A stretch of 64,000 nt of DNA, taken from positions 24,825,316 to 24,889,315 of the forward strand of contig CM119264.1 in the NCBI GenBank assembly GCA_051294375.1, given 5' to 3'. The notes under the pieces are model-generated. The model was not told where the DNA came from. It saw only the letters and a list, made by a program, of their open reading frames with translations, and made no database searches. Numbering within the stretch: position 1 is the first letter of the stretch; each line of letters opens with the position of its first letter. The stretch comes from Paraspadella gotoi (taxonomy: Eukaryota; Animalia; Chaetognatha). Below, piece by piece: positions 1-15,105 of this stretch. A program made the translations under genes and the position numbers.

Positions 1-165
1 AAAATTTCAAAAAATATAAAAAAAAGGAAGAAGAAAAAGAACAAACAAAATCGCATTCCTNNNNNNNNNNNNNNNNNNNNNNNNNGACGGAATGAGAAAA
101 TTATATATACTCAAACAAAACAACCTTTTACTCTTACTTATCTTCATTTTTTTGCCACCCCAGTA

Positions 166-212
<47 letters not shown>

Positions 213-945
213 ATTAAAAATTAATTTTAACAAAATGTCAAACTATCAAATCGGATCTTTAATTGAAATAAGTAAGTATACGTATAAATAAGTATTCGGC
301 AAAAACCAAGTCTTCCTGTCGTCGGTTCTAAAATTCACACAAAAAAAATAAAATTCATGGAAAATATTTTATTTGACTCAGCAAACAATAAATAAAAAAA
401 AATATTTGCTGAACCCATTAAGCGAAATGTCAAACCTTTTTCAACTTTTCAATTTAATAAATTAAAAACTTGTCTTTGTTGGGTTCCGACTTTCCGGATC
501 ACAACTCAGGATCGATTTCCGCGTGTTAAAAAAGGTGAGAGCGCTGCTGCCGCCGGAAGAACTCTTAAGTGCGTGCGACAAAAGAGTGGGTGAGTAAAAA
601 AATTGGGGAGGCGGATAAGTGAGCGACAAGGTAAGCAAAGTGAGCGACAGTTTTTGAGGTTCACAGAACAGAGTAGTGAATGAGATTAATCGTAAGTTTG
701 AGAATCGGTTACGTTTGACAGATTTTTTGGGTTCTATTGCTGCAGGAAGTGGGCGTGGTGCTAATTTAAGTAATTCGTCGTCGTCGTCGTCGTCGTCATT
801 GTTTCGTTTTCGTCCTTCTTTAGCAAAGAAAGAAGTAGTTATGATTTGTGAAGAAAAAAAAGAGAGAGTAAAAGTTTAGTCTCGTGTTTGATTTAAAACA
901 AACTTGTATTTATCTTTCATTAAATGCTAACGGAAAGAGTGGGAC

Positions 946-1025
<80 letters not shown>

Positions 1026-1618
1026 AGTCAATATAAATCATAAACCAACTTGCTTTTTTTTCTTTTAAAATAAATCTACTTTCCTTGAGTTATTTTCACT
1101 TTCATATTTTTTTCCTCTTTCACTTCCGTTTTCTCTCACGTGAGACGCGCGTCTTTTGTTTTTTAATCACGGGCGTTAGCAGCGCCATCTTCTTTTATTA
1201 CCTTTTATTTTTTTTATCTCTCTTGCCGCCTCCCGTAATGGGGTCTCTTCCCTTATTCTTTTCTTTAAACACCCTCTCTCTCTCTTTCTCTTTTCCTCTC
1301 TTCCCTCTCTCTCTCTGAGAAAATAAAGATAGAACAGGTAAGCAAAAAAGTTATTAAAAATAAAGTGACTGAAAGTAAAAAAAAGATAAGGGAGGCGCAA
1401 AAAAAAAAAAAAAACAAAAACAAAAACAAAAAAAAAAAAACGATAGAGAAGAACGATACTCCAAGAAGAAGACTACTAAAGAGACTGAGAAAAGAGAAGA
1501 TGAATCGCAAGCAAAACTGATTTTCTTCCAAATGTTTGAGCTTTTTGTTTCTCTCTGGTTTCTTTTTTTGTTACGGCGATAAATGGTTGTCGTTTGTTTC
1601 GAGTTGTTTGTGCTCTCT

Positions 1619-1670
<52 letters not shown>

Positions 1671-2935
1671 TTATTCTCTCTCTCTCTCCATCCTCTCTCC
1701 CTATTCCTTCCCTCTCTCTTTCTCTCTCTTTATCTTTATTCTTTACTCCTTAAAATTTGTTTTTCGTCCTTCCTGTTTTTTTCCGCACGGATGTACCCCA
1801 AAAAAAACTTGAAAAAAAAAAAAGGTTAAAAGAGTCAATATTTTAAAAATTGATAAATCCGACCGTTCTACCACCCCCTCCCCCTCTCCGCCCCCCCTCC
1901 GAACCAGGAGAGTAAAAGAGGAGAAAGTTGGTTCGTAAATCGGGAGTCTCTACTCCAGGGAACCGAAAAGAAAAAACGCTCCCCGGGTTTTGTTGCTAAG
2001 CGACTTTAAAACTTCGAAACAAATCCGGATCCTCGACCGAAACGGATTCCCTCTTACTAAATCTTAACTCGTTCCCGATTCTCGACGAGGCATTAAATCC
2101 CGATTTGTGGAGGGGGGGGTGGGGCTAATTTTGATTTTCTCTCAATAAAAGTAACTTGTTGAAAATCAAATAAAAATTACACCATTTTCAAACAAATTAT
2201 TAAAATTATAGTCATAAAAAATATACAAACCCAGAATAATTTGCCGTTAATACGTAATATAACGTATCTTTCTATAACAGTAGTTCTCGTTGAATCGGTC
2301 TGGAATACAAAATATATTCTAAAATTATACTTCCGGCGATATGGTTTGTTTCAGAGAGATTAATTGACGTTGCGGAAAATAATAAATCAATATATCCTCC
2401 CGCCGAAATGAACCCCACTTGAAAAAATCCAGACGCTCTCAACAAACGCAGCCTTATCTTCCACTAGAGATACTTGAGCATCGAATTGGGTCAGTTTCAA
2501 AATCCTGACGTCGCCCTTGAAATTTAACGTCTTAAAACACACAGTACACACAATCACACACAGTACACACACACAAATCAGTCACACAAACATCATCTCA
2601 CCACCATTTAATCGTTTGGTAGACAGAGGCTGAACAAAAACAGAGCCTGAAAACGAGTTTTAGACGTAAATAATTAAAAACTGACGAACGATAAAAGCTC
2701 AGCATCGCTATTCCACCACGAAATATGTGAAATTTAGACCAACAATTGCGGACCCATTAGAGTCTTTATAAAAAATACTCATTACTGCAATACTGCAATA
2801 CTGCATATAGCAATATTTAATCCAATTTTTCTGTAATAAGGGAACCTACAATTGAATACACTTAAGACATTGACCACCCTTTCTTGAACCCCTCTATGAG
2901 TTTCCCGTTCCCTCTCTCTCTCTCCTCTCTCTTCT

Positions 2936-2966
<31 letters not shown>

Positions 2967-4251
2967 AAATCAACCCTCAGGGAAACTTTCCTCTTTGCAC
3001 CTTTCTTCAATTTTTCCTCAAGGAAACTTTTCTTTATATTCTTCTCTCTCTCTCCCCTCTGTATCAGCTTCCTCCTTAGGCTACGCCTCTTCTTCACTTA
3101 TCTTCTTCTCCTCTTCCTTCTCCTTCCCTTGATTTCCCCCAATCGTGTGTCTTCATCTTTTTTTTCTTTTTTTTAATTCAAACAAAAGTTTCTTTGTCCC
3201 AAATCATTCGCTGAGTTTGTCTTATTTTATTTTTCACAAATAAAAAGACAGAGAAAGACTTATATTTTTCTTTTTAGAGGGTTAGGGGCTTAATTAAAGG
3301 CAATGTATATTACTTTATTTAGTCCTGGCTCGCACAATTTAAAAATTTTAAAAATTCTGCGTAATGTTTAAGATTTCTTCGTAGTCGGAGTCATTTGATT
3401 TAAATCTAATTTGAAAAAAAAAGAAAACTGATTGAAAATTTTTTGGCGGAAAATTTGATTGGAAGTAGGAATTTGATTGGCATCGTCTCTTTGATTGGCG
3501 TCGTCTCTTTGATTGAACACCAAACCAAAAACTGGAATTTTTTTTATTCTCACGAGCGAAAATTGACTTTTTGATTTCAATTCATCGAAAATTAAACACA
3601 TTCCGGACTGACGTAGGGAGAGACGGCGACGGCAGCAGGAGCAGCGTCGACGGCAGCAGGAGCAAAAAGCGCCGCTCGAAAAGATCGCTTTGGCCCAGGG
3701 ACATCCTTGGTAGACTGTGTACAAACCTGCTCGAGTTCCAGACTGGGTCGGATCGACAAAAATTACGTGCAGTATGAGTCATACAAACGTTATTTACCCG
3801 TTTAAAATCGGTGTCTTAAATATAATTTTGTACACTTTTTGAAAGGAATCCAAATTCGATCTTAAAATTACAAAATTCGCATTTTGAAATTTTAGCTATT
3901 ATATACATATTAGTTATTACTATACAAAAATATAGCTCACTGGTGCCCACTATTGTATAAAATTAAAAAATAAATTTACCAAAGTATTTTTCTTGGTTTT
4001 TGTTTTCATGTTCTATATGCTAAATTTTAATTTTCTAAAATTTAAACATTTTCATATCACTCTAATATATATACAATGTATTATATGTATTATACATGTA
4101 TGAATTGGCAACAACAACAACATTCCTCAAACTTCTCAAACTCTTGCTTAAATATCCCGGCAGAGGTCCCTATCATCAAATTATTGATGGATTAAAAAAT
4201 AATTATTTCGTTCTCAAAGAATAATAAAACAAAAAAGAAGAGAGAGAGAGG

Positions 4252-4333
<82 letters not shown>

Positions 4334-5880
4334 AGAGAGCGATAGATGAGAGAGAGGCCCAACAAAAATCAATCATTAAAAGTCAAAAGCGGTTAATTAC
4401 GGGTTACGTTTCCTTTTTGTTTGACGACGACGCCAACGCAGACGCTAAAGGTTGTCATTACTTTTATGGATGATGTTCTTTTATTTCTTTTTATGCCCCC
4501 TTCGTCGCCTCTGGTCCGTTGTAATCATGATCATCATCATCGTCGTCGTCGTCGTCCTCTGCTGACACGCAAGAGGAAGCATCGAATAATTGGAACAAAA
4601 CGCAGACTTAAAGAAACTCATGTCATTTCTCTTGTCCCGCCGCCGGCAACGACCGTTCTTTTTTTTTCTTTCTTTTTTCTTTTTTTTTTTTATCTATTTT
4701 ATTATTTTTTTTAGTTTATTTATTTAGTAGGGATGTGCGACAAAAAGACAAGAGGAGGACAAAGAAATCTGCTCTTCCTATCGATTATTGATTAGCGTAA
4801 AAAGAGGAAAGTCGAGGGGGCCGAAGAAGGGGGTAGGGGTCGGTGGGTTCAATAGGCGGAGGAGGAGTGGAATTGGCGCGAGATGGGAAAAGTTTTGTTT
4901 AATATTTCCTTGTTTCAATTACGTGCATAATTTGTTATTTTTTTTTTATCGAGGCTCTGTAGTGCGTGGATCGACAAATTTTGTAGTACTTACGGGCATA
5001 TCATATTCTTCCCCCGACAATAAGTAAGGAAAGAAAACGACCTTCCGATACATTATTATTCTATATTCCAAAACATATTACAAATTCGTGCCGACGGTTA
5101 AGGTTTGGGGTTTCGGTAGCAGAAATTCCCCTAAAAATCTAGAGAGAGAAGGTTGAAAAGGGCAGATGAGAAAATCCTCCCCGCGGGGCGAACGGAGCTC
5201 GGGGAAATTCTCCGAGGGGAGAAACGGGATAAGAAGGAAATGACAACGAAAGATCGAGAGAATCTCGGATTTTATTGTAGGAATTAGTAGAGATAACGAG
5301 AGTCAAGTAACGCGGGAAATTGTCGTCGTCGTCGTCGTCGTCGTCCTCTTTTTGATCTTCTTTGTCAAAATCACCATCATCTTCGCCATCTTTAGTCTAC
5401 CTCTAAGTTTAAAAATCTAAATATTCTCCCAAAAATCCATCGAGGCGATGAGGATCGTCGTTTAGCAATTATATCCGCTTCGTCTTAACATCATCGTTAT
5501 GTTTAACACCCCATCGTAATGATAATCTTCTTGGCATCAAAAATTAATTCATGCAAATATGTTATCTACCACATCAGCGCCATTTTTTTTTTATTTCGTC
5601 GTCGTCGTCGTCACGGTTTTTAATGATCACTTTTTTATTCTCTACGGTGTCATCGTTGACATTGTCGGCGTCGTTGTGGTCATCGTTGTCATCATCGTCG
5701 CCGTCATTATTGTCATCATCGTCTTCATCGTCGTCGTCGTCGTCGTCGTCGTCATCGGTCGCGACTCTGATCTTCCTTCGACGAAGAAATTGTTGTCGTT
5801 TTCAATTTAATGACGTGTTTCCATTCGCGCTTTCCTCGACAGGCAGGTATCTCTAGCGAGATAGAGACAGAGACAGATAA

Positions 5881-5969
<89 letters not shown>

Positions 5970-6134
5970 TGACAGAATTTATTCAAAACGTGCCTTTGCA
6001 TAGACCACCTATTCTCTAATTAATTACTTGTTTTTTTACCCCCGCATCGTTGGCTCGGCCACTGGCCATTCCTCTCGCTCTCTCTACTGTTTCTGCGTGA
6101 CTCATTGATTTTTCCCCCGCCGCCGCCGTCGCTG

Positions 6135-6165
<31 letters not shown>

Positions 6166-7966
6166 AGCCCCCGCTTTGATGGATGACGCGCCGACGTCCC
6201 TCGCCGGGAATTTCCCGCTGATAAGATTGGAAAAAAAAAGTTTAATTTACGTAAAATCCGGAAACATAAACAAATCGGTATCGAAGTTCAAAGTCAGAAA
6301 CGCAGAGGGAAATGAAATTTATGACTAAAATGAGTAACTTTTAAAAAATGACTTATGAAGTCTTTTAACTTCATAAAGTGTGATTTTAAAATAAAGTGAC
6401 ACAAGACAAAAGAGGTAATTAACTAAAGTTGCTTAGTAGCCAGCCCATGATGGCAAGATAGGACATCTATTGAAAAATGGTTAATTTTTATATTATATTA
6501 CTAGATGCGGTTTTAGCTAAAGTTACATAAAACTTAAGAAGTTTTTAAACTAAAGTAACATAAAATTTATAACACATGATTTTTTTTACTAAAGTGACAA
6601 AAGAGGTTTTTTAACGACATAAAAATAAGGTTTTTAAAAATACATTTTTTTCTGGAAAGAAAAGGAAATTTTTATATTTTAAGAGATTTCGATAAGAAAA
6701 TAGGAAGAAAAAAGAAACCCGAAATATCCTAAACTGGAAGAAGGCGTCCCAGGTGGGATTCGAGTCTAGAGAGTTTGTCAATCCCCGCCTTATTTGATGT
6801 TTACTCACCTCGGAAAAAGAGGAACTCACTTATTGTCGTCCGTGTTTGCTCTCCAGCCCCACCCNNNNNNNNNNNNNNNNNNNNTCTCTCTCTCTCTCTC
6901 TCTCACCTCTATCGCACCTCGAAATGCGGGTTCAGTCATATTCGCCAAACATTTTCCTTCCTTCCACCGATTTTCATATTTTACAAAATTCGTGCAGGAA
7001 TGCGAAGGGAATTCCGAAACGCGAACGTCGCTTAATGTTTATTACGAAATGTTTATTGTGAGATTGTTATTTACTGACACTGAATTTGGATGTATGTCTT
7101 GTAGGAGTTGACGTTAAAATATGTGATCTGTATTTTATGGCTTATGTACGTGACCCTCGTGAAAGGAAATTGACTTATGAAGGAAAGAAATAATATATTT
7201 TGAGGTTAGTTCGTAAAAAGGTCAAATTGTCCTCTCTGAGCCTTTATTTCAAAATTACAATGACAGAAATGTTACTAAACGAACGTTCTAATTACTTGGT
7301 CAGATATCAAAGATATTAGTCATGTATTTAACGCTGAGGATACATACAAACAAGGAGAACGGAAAAAGCATCGCTTCTCGTGAGCAAATTTTGTTGACCT
7401 GAATCAAGAGAAAAATCGAAAAAACGACGAAAATTATTTCGTCGTTTTTTGTCTCTCGACTTCGCTTCATTTTCGCCAAAAATCTTTTCATTCTCCTCAC
7501 GTCTTTGTCGTCGTTGTCTTCGTCGTCGTTGTAATCTTCGTTGTCGTCGTCGTCGTCGTCGTTGTCTTCGTCGTCGACGTCGTCGTTTTCTTCGCGAACC
7601 GACGATAAAATTTTCATAAATTTCGAGCTTTCTTTTCGTTAGGATCACGTGACGACGGACACGGGAGGAGAGAAAGAGAGGAGAGAGAGATGAGAAGAGA
7701 GAAGAGAAGAAGAAGAGAGAGGACGGAAGGTAGAACGACGACGAGGACGCGACAGATGATGCAGAGAATGAGAGAGAAGAATTGACGGAGATAAGAGGAT
7801 AGAAGAGAGAGAGAGAGAGGAGAGGAGCACTACGAGACGAGACTTATGAGCAGAGCCTCTATTCCTCTTTGTCTCAAGACGCTCGACGAGAAGACGAGAG
7901 AGAATGTGGGATGTGAGAGTACAGATCGTCAGTGGTTCCCCCCCTCCCGACTCACTTCTCTCTCTC

Positions 7967-8027
<61 letters not shown>

Positions 8028-9290
8028 CTCTCTCTCTTTCAATTTCCCGCACCTGAGAAAAAAGGGCTCAAAATTGTGTTTGTTTAATCGTCGGATGTTT
8101 TATTGACTCTTCGAAATTCGCAAACAAACACGAAACAAATAGAAAATTCCGACGCATTTTTATTTCCATTTTTTTTATTCAATTTAATTTCGATTTTTTT
8201 TTCTGCTTGGACTTCGGATTAATTTTCTCTTTTTGGATCGATGCGATTTTCTTTCTTTGACTATGGATTCGTTTAGTTGTAAGTTTAGGAGAAATTTCGA
8301 ACGCTCGTCTTTAGACAAATAATAAATCTGACCCATATCTTTTTCCCCAACTTCCACAAATTTAATATTATTACATTAAACAATGGTTAATTTTTTTAAG
8401 AAAAGTTATAGTTCAATTTTTTTTACTACGTGGGTCTCTCAAACAATTTTTATAATTAATGAAAGCGGCTTAAAAAAAAAAGGAAGAAAAAAAATGACGT
8501 TGCTCTGCCAACTCTTTTTTCCCTCTCGCCCGCCGACTATATGCCGACTTTTTCTCATCTTCTCCATGCCGACTCCCTGCCGACTCTATTCATTTCGTTT
8601 ACCGACTCTCTGCCGACTCTCTTCCTCTCGTCCGCCGACTCTCCTCTCTCCATTCCTCCTCCATGACGACCCTCTCCCGCCCTCTTCCGTCGTCGGACGA
8701 AAAACGAATGTTTGTTGCAAAAACAAATGAACTCAATTTTCGTTCGACGGCGGATTTGAGTCGCGTCGATATTGGAACAGCTGCCGCCGACGAGGACTGC
8801 AGAGGGGCGGGATGAGGGGGTGTGTGGCGGGGAATGCGACAGGAAATGGTGACGACGACGATGTTGAAGACGAGAGCGGCGATGATGACGACGATGATGA
8901 CGACCGCGATGATGAAGCCGATGGCCATTTTGAGGAAGATGGTGACGACAAAAAATAAAACATTATTGCGACAATAATGACAGAAAATACGTGGATGATG
9001 ACGACAATGAAGACGACTCCCAACTTACTAGGATGACGACCACGACGGCTCGATGATGACGATAACAATGACGATGACTCCGATGCCGACAACGACGACG
9101 ACAAAGACGCCCCCGCCGCTTTTTCAATCAAGCGAGGACCCGAGAGAATGTCACCCTCTCCCGCCGTTTAATATGAAGAGGGCGAAGGGGGGAGATAGAG
9201 GGAAAAACAAGGAAAGGAAAAAGAGAGGCTTGGGGAAGATAACGTTGGTTATTAAACCGGAGCGAAAATATTAAAATCAAGTAGAATCAA

Positions 9291-9836
9291 AATTCGAATA
9301 GTAGATCATGAACAGTCTTGAACTAAAGAACGTTTATATATATAAAAAAAAAAATTTAAAAGTTATCAATTTTCGCATACAACAATATTTATACATAGTA
9401 CTTACTATAGAAAATATTAAAATTTTAAAATGTTTTCTTATTTTTAAGAGCAGATTCGAATTTCTCACGAAAAGTTGATAAAAGAAATATAACTCTTTTT
9501 CGAAAATTATTTCATTAAGTGGATCAAAATCCTAAAAAAACTATTATTATTAACCTATAATTATATTTTAGTATAAAAAATATAGGTTTATAAATTTTTG
9601 GCTAACTTAATGAAATAATTTTTGATTAAAACTTATATTTTCTTTTATCAACTTTTTATGAGGAATTCGAATCTGCTTTTAAAACTAAGAAAACTAAGAA
9701 AATTTTAATATTTTCTATAGTAAGTACTATGTATAAATATTGTCGTATGCAAAAATTGACAAATTTAAAAAAAAATTTTCATATATCAATGTTCTTTAGT
9801 TCAAGACTGTTGTTCATGATTAACTATTCGAAATTT
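9291..9836. mobile_element. Foldback/MITE-like element with ~200 bp imperfect terminal inverted repeats
   Basis: Left end AATTCGAATAGTAGATCATGAACAGTCTTGAACTAAAGAAC is the near reverse complement of right end GTTCTTTAGTTCAAGACTGTTGTTCATGATTAACTATTCGAAATT; symmetry continues inward; non-coding; related copies elsewhere in the window. Confidence 0.75.
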
Positions 9837-10876
9837 TTACGCCTTATTGGTTATGGAAAGGAGCTAAAGGAAAAAAAAGGAGTTTGTTATCGGCTTTATC
9901 TGCTTTTATTACAAAAAAAAAAAAAATTATCGGCCTATCAGCCGTCTTTGAAAAGAAATTAAACACCATGAATTGTAAATACACTTATGTATTTCAGTTG
10001 ATAATTATTATCTATTATGGTTGTCCAATTAAGATTTTCAGTATAGGGTACTTATACCTTAACAAGCCGATATCATACGCACCTTTTAAATGAAATAGAT
10101 AAATAAAATAAACAACCAAGATGCGTCCAATCAATAACCTTATAATATTAATAGCACGGTGTAGTGACTCAAATGACGAAGACGACGACAAAGATGACGA
10201 CAAGCAAGCAAACACAAAATATTTAAAACGTGGGCACATGGTGAGAAAAAATATTTAGTAACATGAGAAATGCAACCCAAAGCTAAAACTGGAGAGTCAT
10301 TCTTGCGCTCTGATAGAGAAAACGCGCCCTTCGATATGTCGAGGGAATATTTAAACTGTTTAGCGCCATCGTTTCAACCGGGGAAACAAAGATGGCGCCA
10401 CTGAATCCCGCATTAACGAAATGGCAACGCATTCGGAAGAGAGAAGGAAAAAATATCGGAGCCATCTGAAGGAGAGTGAAGGAACGAATCGGGCTGAATA
10501 AATGGCAAAGAGTTGGGGAAGAGGTTGGGAAGGGCGATTGAGATGAAACCAATGGATAAAAATATGTGAAAATACATTGGCGGGAAAAGAAAAAGAGCTA
10601 AATTCTGGTTATTGTTATTTAGCATTCTTGGAGGACAAAAAACAGAAATGTATCGTTAAAGCGAATAGCAAAAATAGGCATTAAAAGGAGTTTGGTTAAG
10701 GGAGGACAATAAAATCTATGAGGATGTCAAATGAGATGACATTAAAACTGTTTATTCAGTTGGAAATTATCTCAGAGGGCTTGAATTCAAGCAAATGTCT
10801 TATTACGAAAATGCATTTAACAAAATGCATTCAAAGGCATAGAATTTAATCGTTAAGCTTTTAGTAGATATTACTA

Positions 10877-10964
10877 TTTGACGAATGGCGTTTGACAAAT
10901 GGCGTTTTGCGAATGGCGTTTGATAAATGGCGTTTAGCGAATGGCGTTTGACGAATGCCGTTTG
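10877..10964 (+). repeat. 14-bp tandem repeat, about 6 copies
   Basis: Unit TTTGACGAATGGCG with variants. Confidence 0.85.
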
Positions 10965-13900
10965 GACGGCGTCGGCCATCGATGGTAGAGATTCCAAAGA
11001 GGAGGAGCCTCGCGTATTCCATCCCTTTTTACCTTTTTTATTTTTTTCTTTCTCCTTTATTTATGGTTTCCTTTCTTTTTTTTTTTTTTAGTTTTTTACC
11101 TTTTTATCCATTCTGTTTATTTATGTTTTCCTCTCTCTTTTTTTTCTTCTCCCTTGTATATTTCAGCATATTTCTTTTCTTTTTTTCCCCTTCTTTTATT
11201 CTGTTTAAGGTTTCCCTCCTTTTTTTCTCCCTTTTCCCCCGGTGCCAAGAATCAAGATTACATTTTAAGCTCGGCGAGACAAAAACAGAGGGCGGCCGTA
11301 GAGGAAAGCGTTGTTCCTTTCAGTAGCTTAAAAAAAAACAAAAGTACATCGACTAGTTATATGTTCCTTTTAATTCTTTTGGATAATATTTGTATGAAAA
11401 TTCAGACATACAGATTTACTCATAATGTGTCAACGATTTTCGTGCATCGGGTTCTACTTAACAGTCGTGACAATGTAAATTTAATGAAACGAAACTAAAA
11501 TAATCTGGCATTGGCAAAGATCCGAAAAAGTGGCTTTTGACATTTAAACATTCCATGGTGGATGAAACAGCGACAACCGTTTAATGAATTTGTCATCCGT
11601 AAAATTCTTTCGTCGAAGTATATATTATATTCTTTCTTATAAAAAGTTAGAACCTTTTATAGCGTCTTATCTTAATTAAAAAGATTCTTCTCAAAGAGCT
11701 CCCGCCTCAAATTCTGCATAATTTATTACCTTAATATCGATCCAACTAATTTTCATACTCTTTCTTCGCTCAGGATTCCTTTTCGTATGAAAAGGGGAAA
11801 AAAAAAGTCGCTTCGCCTTTTTTTTTTTACAATTTTTTTTATTCTTCCCTCCATCTTTTTTTTTTTATTCTTCAATAAAAGTCGACGATTTGTTCTGACC
11901 TTTGAAAACAAAAGGGAAAAAGAAATAAGGAGCCGAGGGGAAAAAAGGATTTAGAAAAAAAACCAAAAAAACTAACATACTAATTCTTAAAGAAGAAATA
12001 AAAAAAAGTTGGGTAACGCGATCGCGGGGGGCCACTGACGCCGCGGGAAAAAGAGAAAGAGAAAGAGAAAGAGAAAGATGTAAAGAGATTGCCGCAAAAA
12101 TTGGAAATTGAAAAAAAAAAAGAAAACAAAGGGAATAAAGGTTTAAATTGGATGAGGAACAAAAAAGTGGCATGAAATGGAATGAAAGATAAATACAGAA
12201 TAGAATGTCGATCGTTATTAGTTTAATTGATAATAAATTAAACCTTGGAAAAAAAAAATAATACAAGTAAGAGTTTTAAACGTAAAACTAAAGTTGAAAA
12301 CTTTTCATTACTGAAGCAACGATAATTAATCAAATTTAAATTTCTGTTTTTGACATTTTTGTTCATTACTAATATCACAATCGCTGACAATCGTAAATCA
12401 ACGACTAATCCCCTCTGCCCGTTCACGTGAATTTTTGTGAATTCTCGAAGGACTTTGGGTCTGTTTTGATTTCGTGAATTGGGTCAATGAGTGGAAGAAA
12501 TAGTGAATCTTGAACAGGTGCAAGTCCTTACGAAAGAGGAGCAGAAAGAAGTTGCGTTTCTTCTCGAAACAAAGGGTGGAAAAGATTGTGACATTATATT
12601 ATGATTTGCATAAAAAATCAAATTTAGTAAATGTTTGGAAATAGTTTCGAAATAGCACTTTTAATCTAGTATCTCCTCAGGTTGGACTCTCAAACTTGAT
12701 ATTCACTCTTCAACACTAACGGAGGTCAATTAAATGAAGGGGAACAATAAATAGTCAGCTTTCGGATATAAGCATTGCTCTGCTGTTGAGCGAACTACGT
12801 ATATCTCCAATGGCGAGCTTTCCGCGCCAGATATTTTAAAAGCCCTAAAATCTATTGCACAAAAAAATTACTTCTTTTCTAGATACTTTCTCTCATAAAA
12901 TCTCTCCCTCCCAACTCTTCCACAAACTCCCAGCGCCGCGCCGCACGACGGCTCCCATCGTTTCCATGGCAACGGTCCATCGCCCCATTGGCTCTCGACG
13001 TCGTTCACCGGAATAGAGCGTCGCATGGTCATCGCTTTAGAAAAAAAAAAAAAAACAACCAAAAGACAGTCGATGCCATCTCGTGGCAACCTTGGCGCCG
13101 TTAGTCTCTATCGTTTCTATTTTTATCATCGAGTCATTTCTATCACATGTCCGCGTCTTTTATTCCACGGTTTCCTTAGCTTTCTTCTCTCCTTAGCTTC
13201 CTTGCAAAATCATTATCATTTCTTTCCACTTGCCAAGTCCGTTGCCCTCTTATTATTGCCGTTTCCTCGTTTCCATCGCCACTTCATTTGCCATCTCTTC
13301 TTCTCTTCGCCACATCTTTTGCCATCTCTGCTTTTCTTGGCCATCTGTTGGCGTTCGATAGAGTTTTATGCCGTTGACCCTTGAACTTTTGGCGATGAAG
13401 GCTTCCGGTGAGAGGGAAGGGAAAGAGACGCAAATTCCGTCGAGAATGGACGTCGAAAATGACGACGACGACGAAGTACGACGACGACGACGACGACGAC
13501 GACGATGTACGACGACGACGACGACGACGATGGGGCAAACGATGAAGACATCAAAAAACACGAAGAAGACGACGATGCTGACGAAAACGACTAAATTCGT
13601 CCATCAAAAATTTGCTTAATGTTTAAGGTACAGAAATACAAATTCAAGAGGGTATTGATAAAAAGCTTGCAGAGTCCTGCTATGTTATTAGGTCGTAGGC
13701 TTTAACAAACCGATCCAAAGTTTAGTTATTGAATAAATGGTTAATTTTTATCTTTCATTTTATCATGCAAGTACAAAGGATTGCCGTCACAAAACAAAAA
13801 ACAAAAATAAAATAAAAACAACAACAAGAAGAACTATGAAGACGACAACAACAACAACCCCTACGAGGACGACGACAACGACGACGACGACGCCAATCCG

Positions 13901-14220
13901 TTTCCAATTTCGTCGAAATCACGTCGACCAAAACTGATCAAAAAGATTTGAGGAAATCTCGACGAAAGGAAACGACATAAGCGAATTTCGGTCCAAGCGA
14001 AACATTTTTGGGGCGGCGAAACAAAGAGAGAATCGCTGAGGAACAAAAGGGAAACGCGGCGAAACAAAAAAGGAAACAAAAGGGAAACGCGGCGAAGCGA
14101 AAGGGATTACAACTCGTTGGACGAACGATTGGTTTTTCTTGGCGAAAATTGAAAAAACAATCGGAGGTGGGGAATGAATGGAAGAGAAAGGAGAAAAGAA
14201 AAAAAAATCGGAGAGAAGAG

Positions 14221-14453
14221 ATGAAAAAGAAATTGAGAAAAAGAGATGAAAAAGGAATTGAGAAAAAGAGATGAAAAAGGAATTGAGAAAAAGAGAGGAA
14301 AAAGAAATTGAGAAAAAGAGATGAAAAAGAAATTGAGAAAAAGAGAGGAAAAAGGAATTGAGAAAAAGAGATGAAAAAGGAATTGAGAAAAAGAGAGGAA
14401 AAAGGAATTGAGAAAAAGAGAGGAAAAAGGAATTGAGAAAAAGAGAGGAAAAA
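14221..14453 (+). repeat. 25-bp purine-rich minisatellite, about 9 copies
   Basis: Unit A(T/G)GAAAAAG(G/A)AATTGAGAAAAAGAG with period 25. Confidence 0.9.
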
Positions 14454-15037
14454 AGTGGAGGTAGATATTCAAGAGCTAAGATTAAATAAAAATGAAGATA
14501 TGCTTTAAAAATTCATATTGTTATGGAACAAAATTCGGAAGAGCTGACGATGGGCGGTAAAATAAAATTAGTCAAAATTGTAAAAATAGATTTTAAGGCC
14601 CAGTTTTGTCAATTACTAAATTTAGATTTTTTGCGGCAAAAGATTTTGGTTTTGTCGGCAAATAAACGAGTGACGATTGAAAAAACCAGTTTTAGCCATA
14701 AAATTTGTTTTTTTTTAACTAACTATTGATAAATTCACGACTTGACGATATCTACTTTTGAGAAGAATTTAAGACATTTTTTTATACAACTTTAATGGAA
14801 TTAGTCTACCTTCATTATCAAACATTTCCCATACCTCTCTAATTAATTTAAAAACTCTATCAACGGCGATCGTTAGAGCCTTTTGCGGGCGGCGAAGTCC
14901 GGAGGAGAAATAATTTGGTTAACGATCTAAATCCGCGTTTCTCCTCCAAAACTATTCGACCTCATTTTCAGACCTGGGAGGCCTTAATATCGCCTCCATG
15001 GAATAATTAACCGGGAAATAACAAAACCATTCTCTCC

Positions 15038-15105
<68 letters not shown>

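Noticed and set aside
6742-6768. tRNA T-arm/B-box-like CTCGAATCCCACCTGGGACGCC on the minus strand
   Set aside because: No matching 5' half or acceptor stem visible
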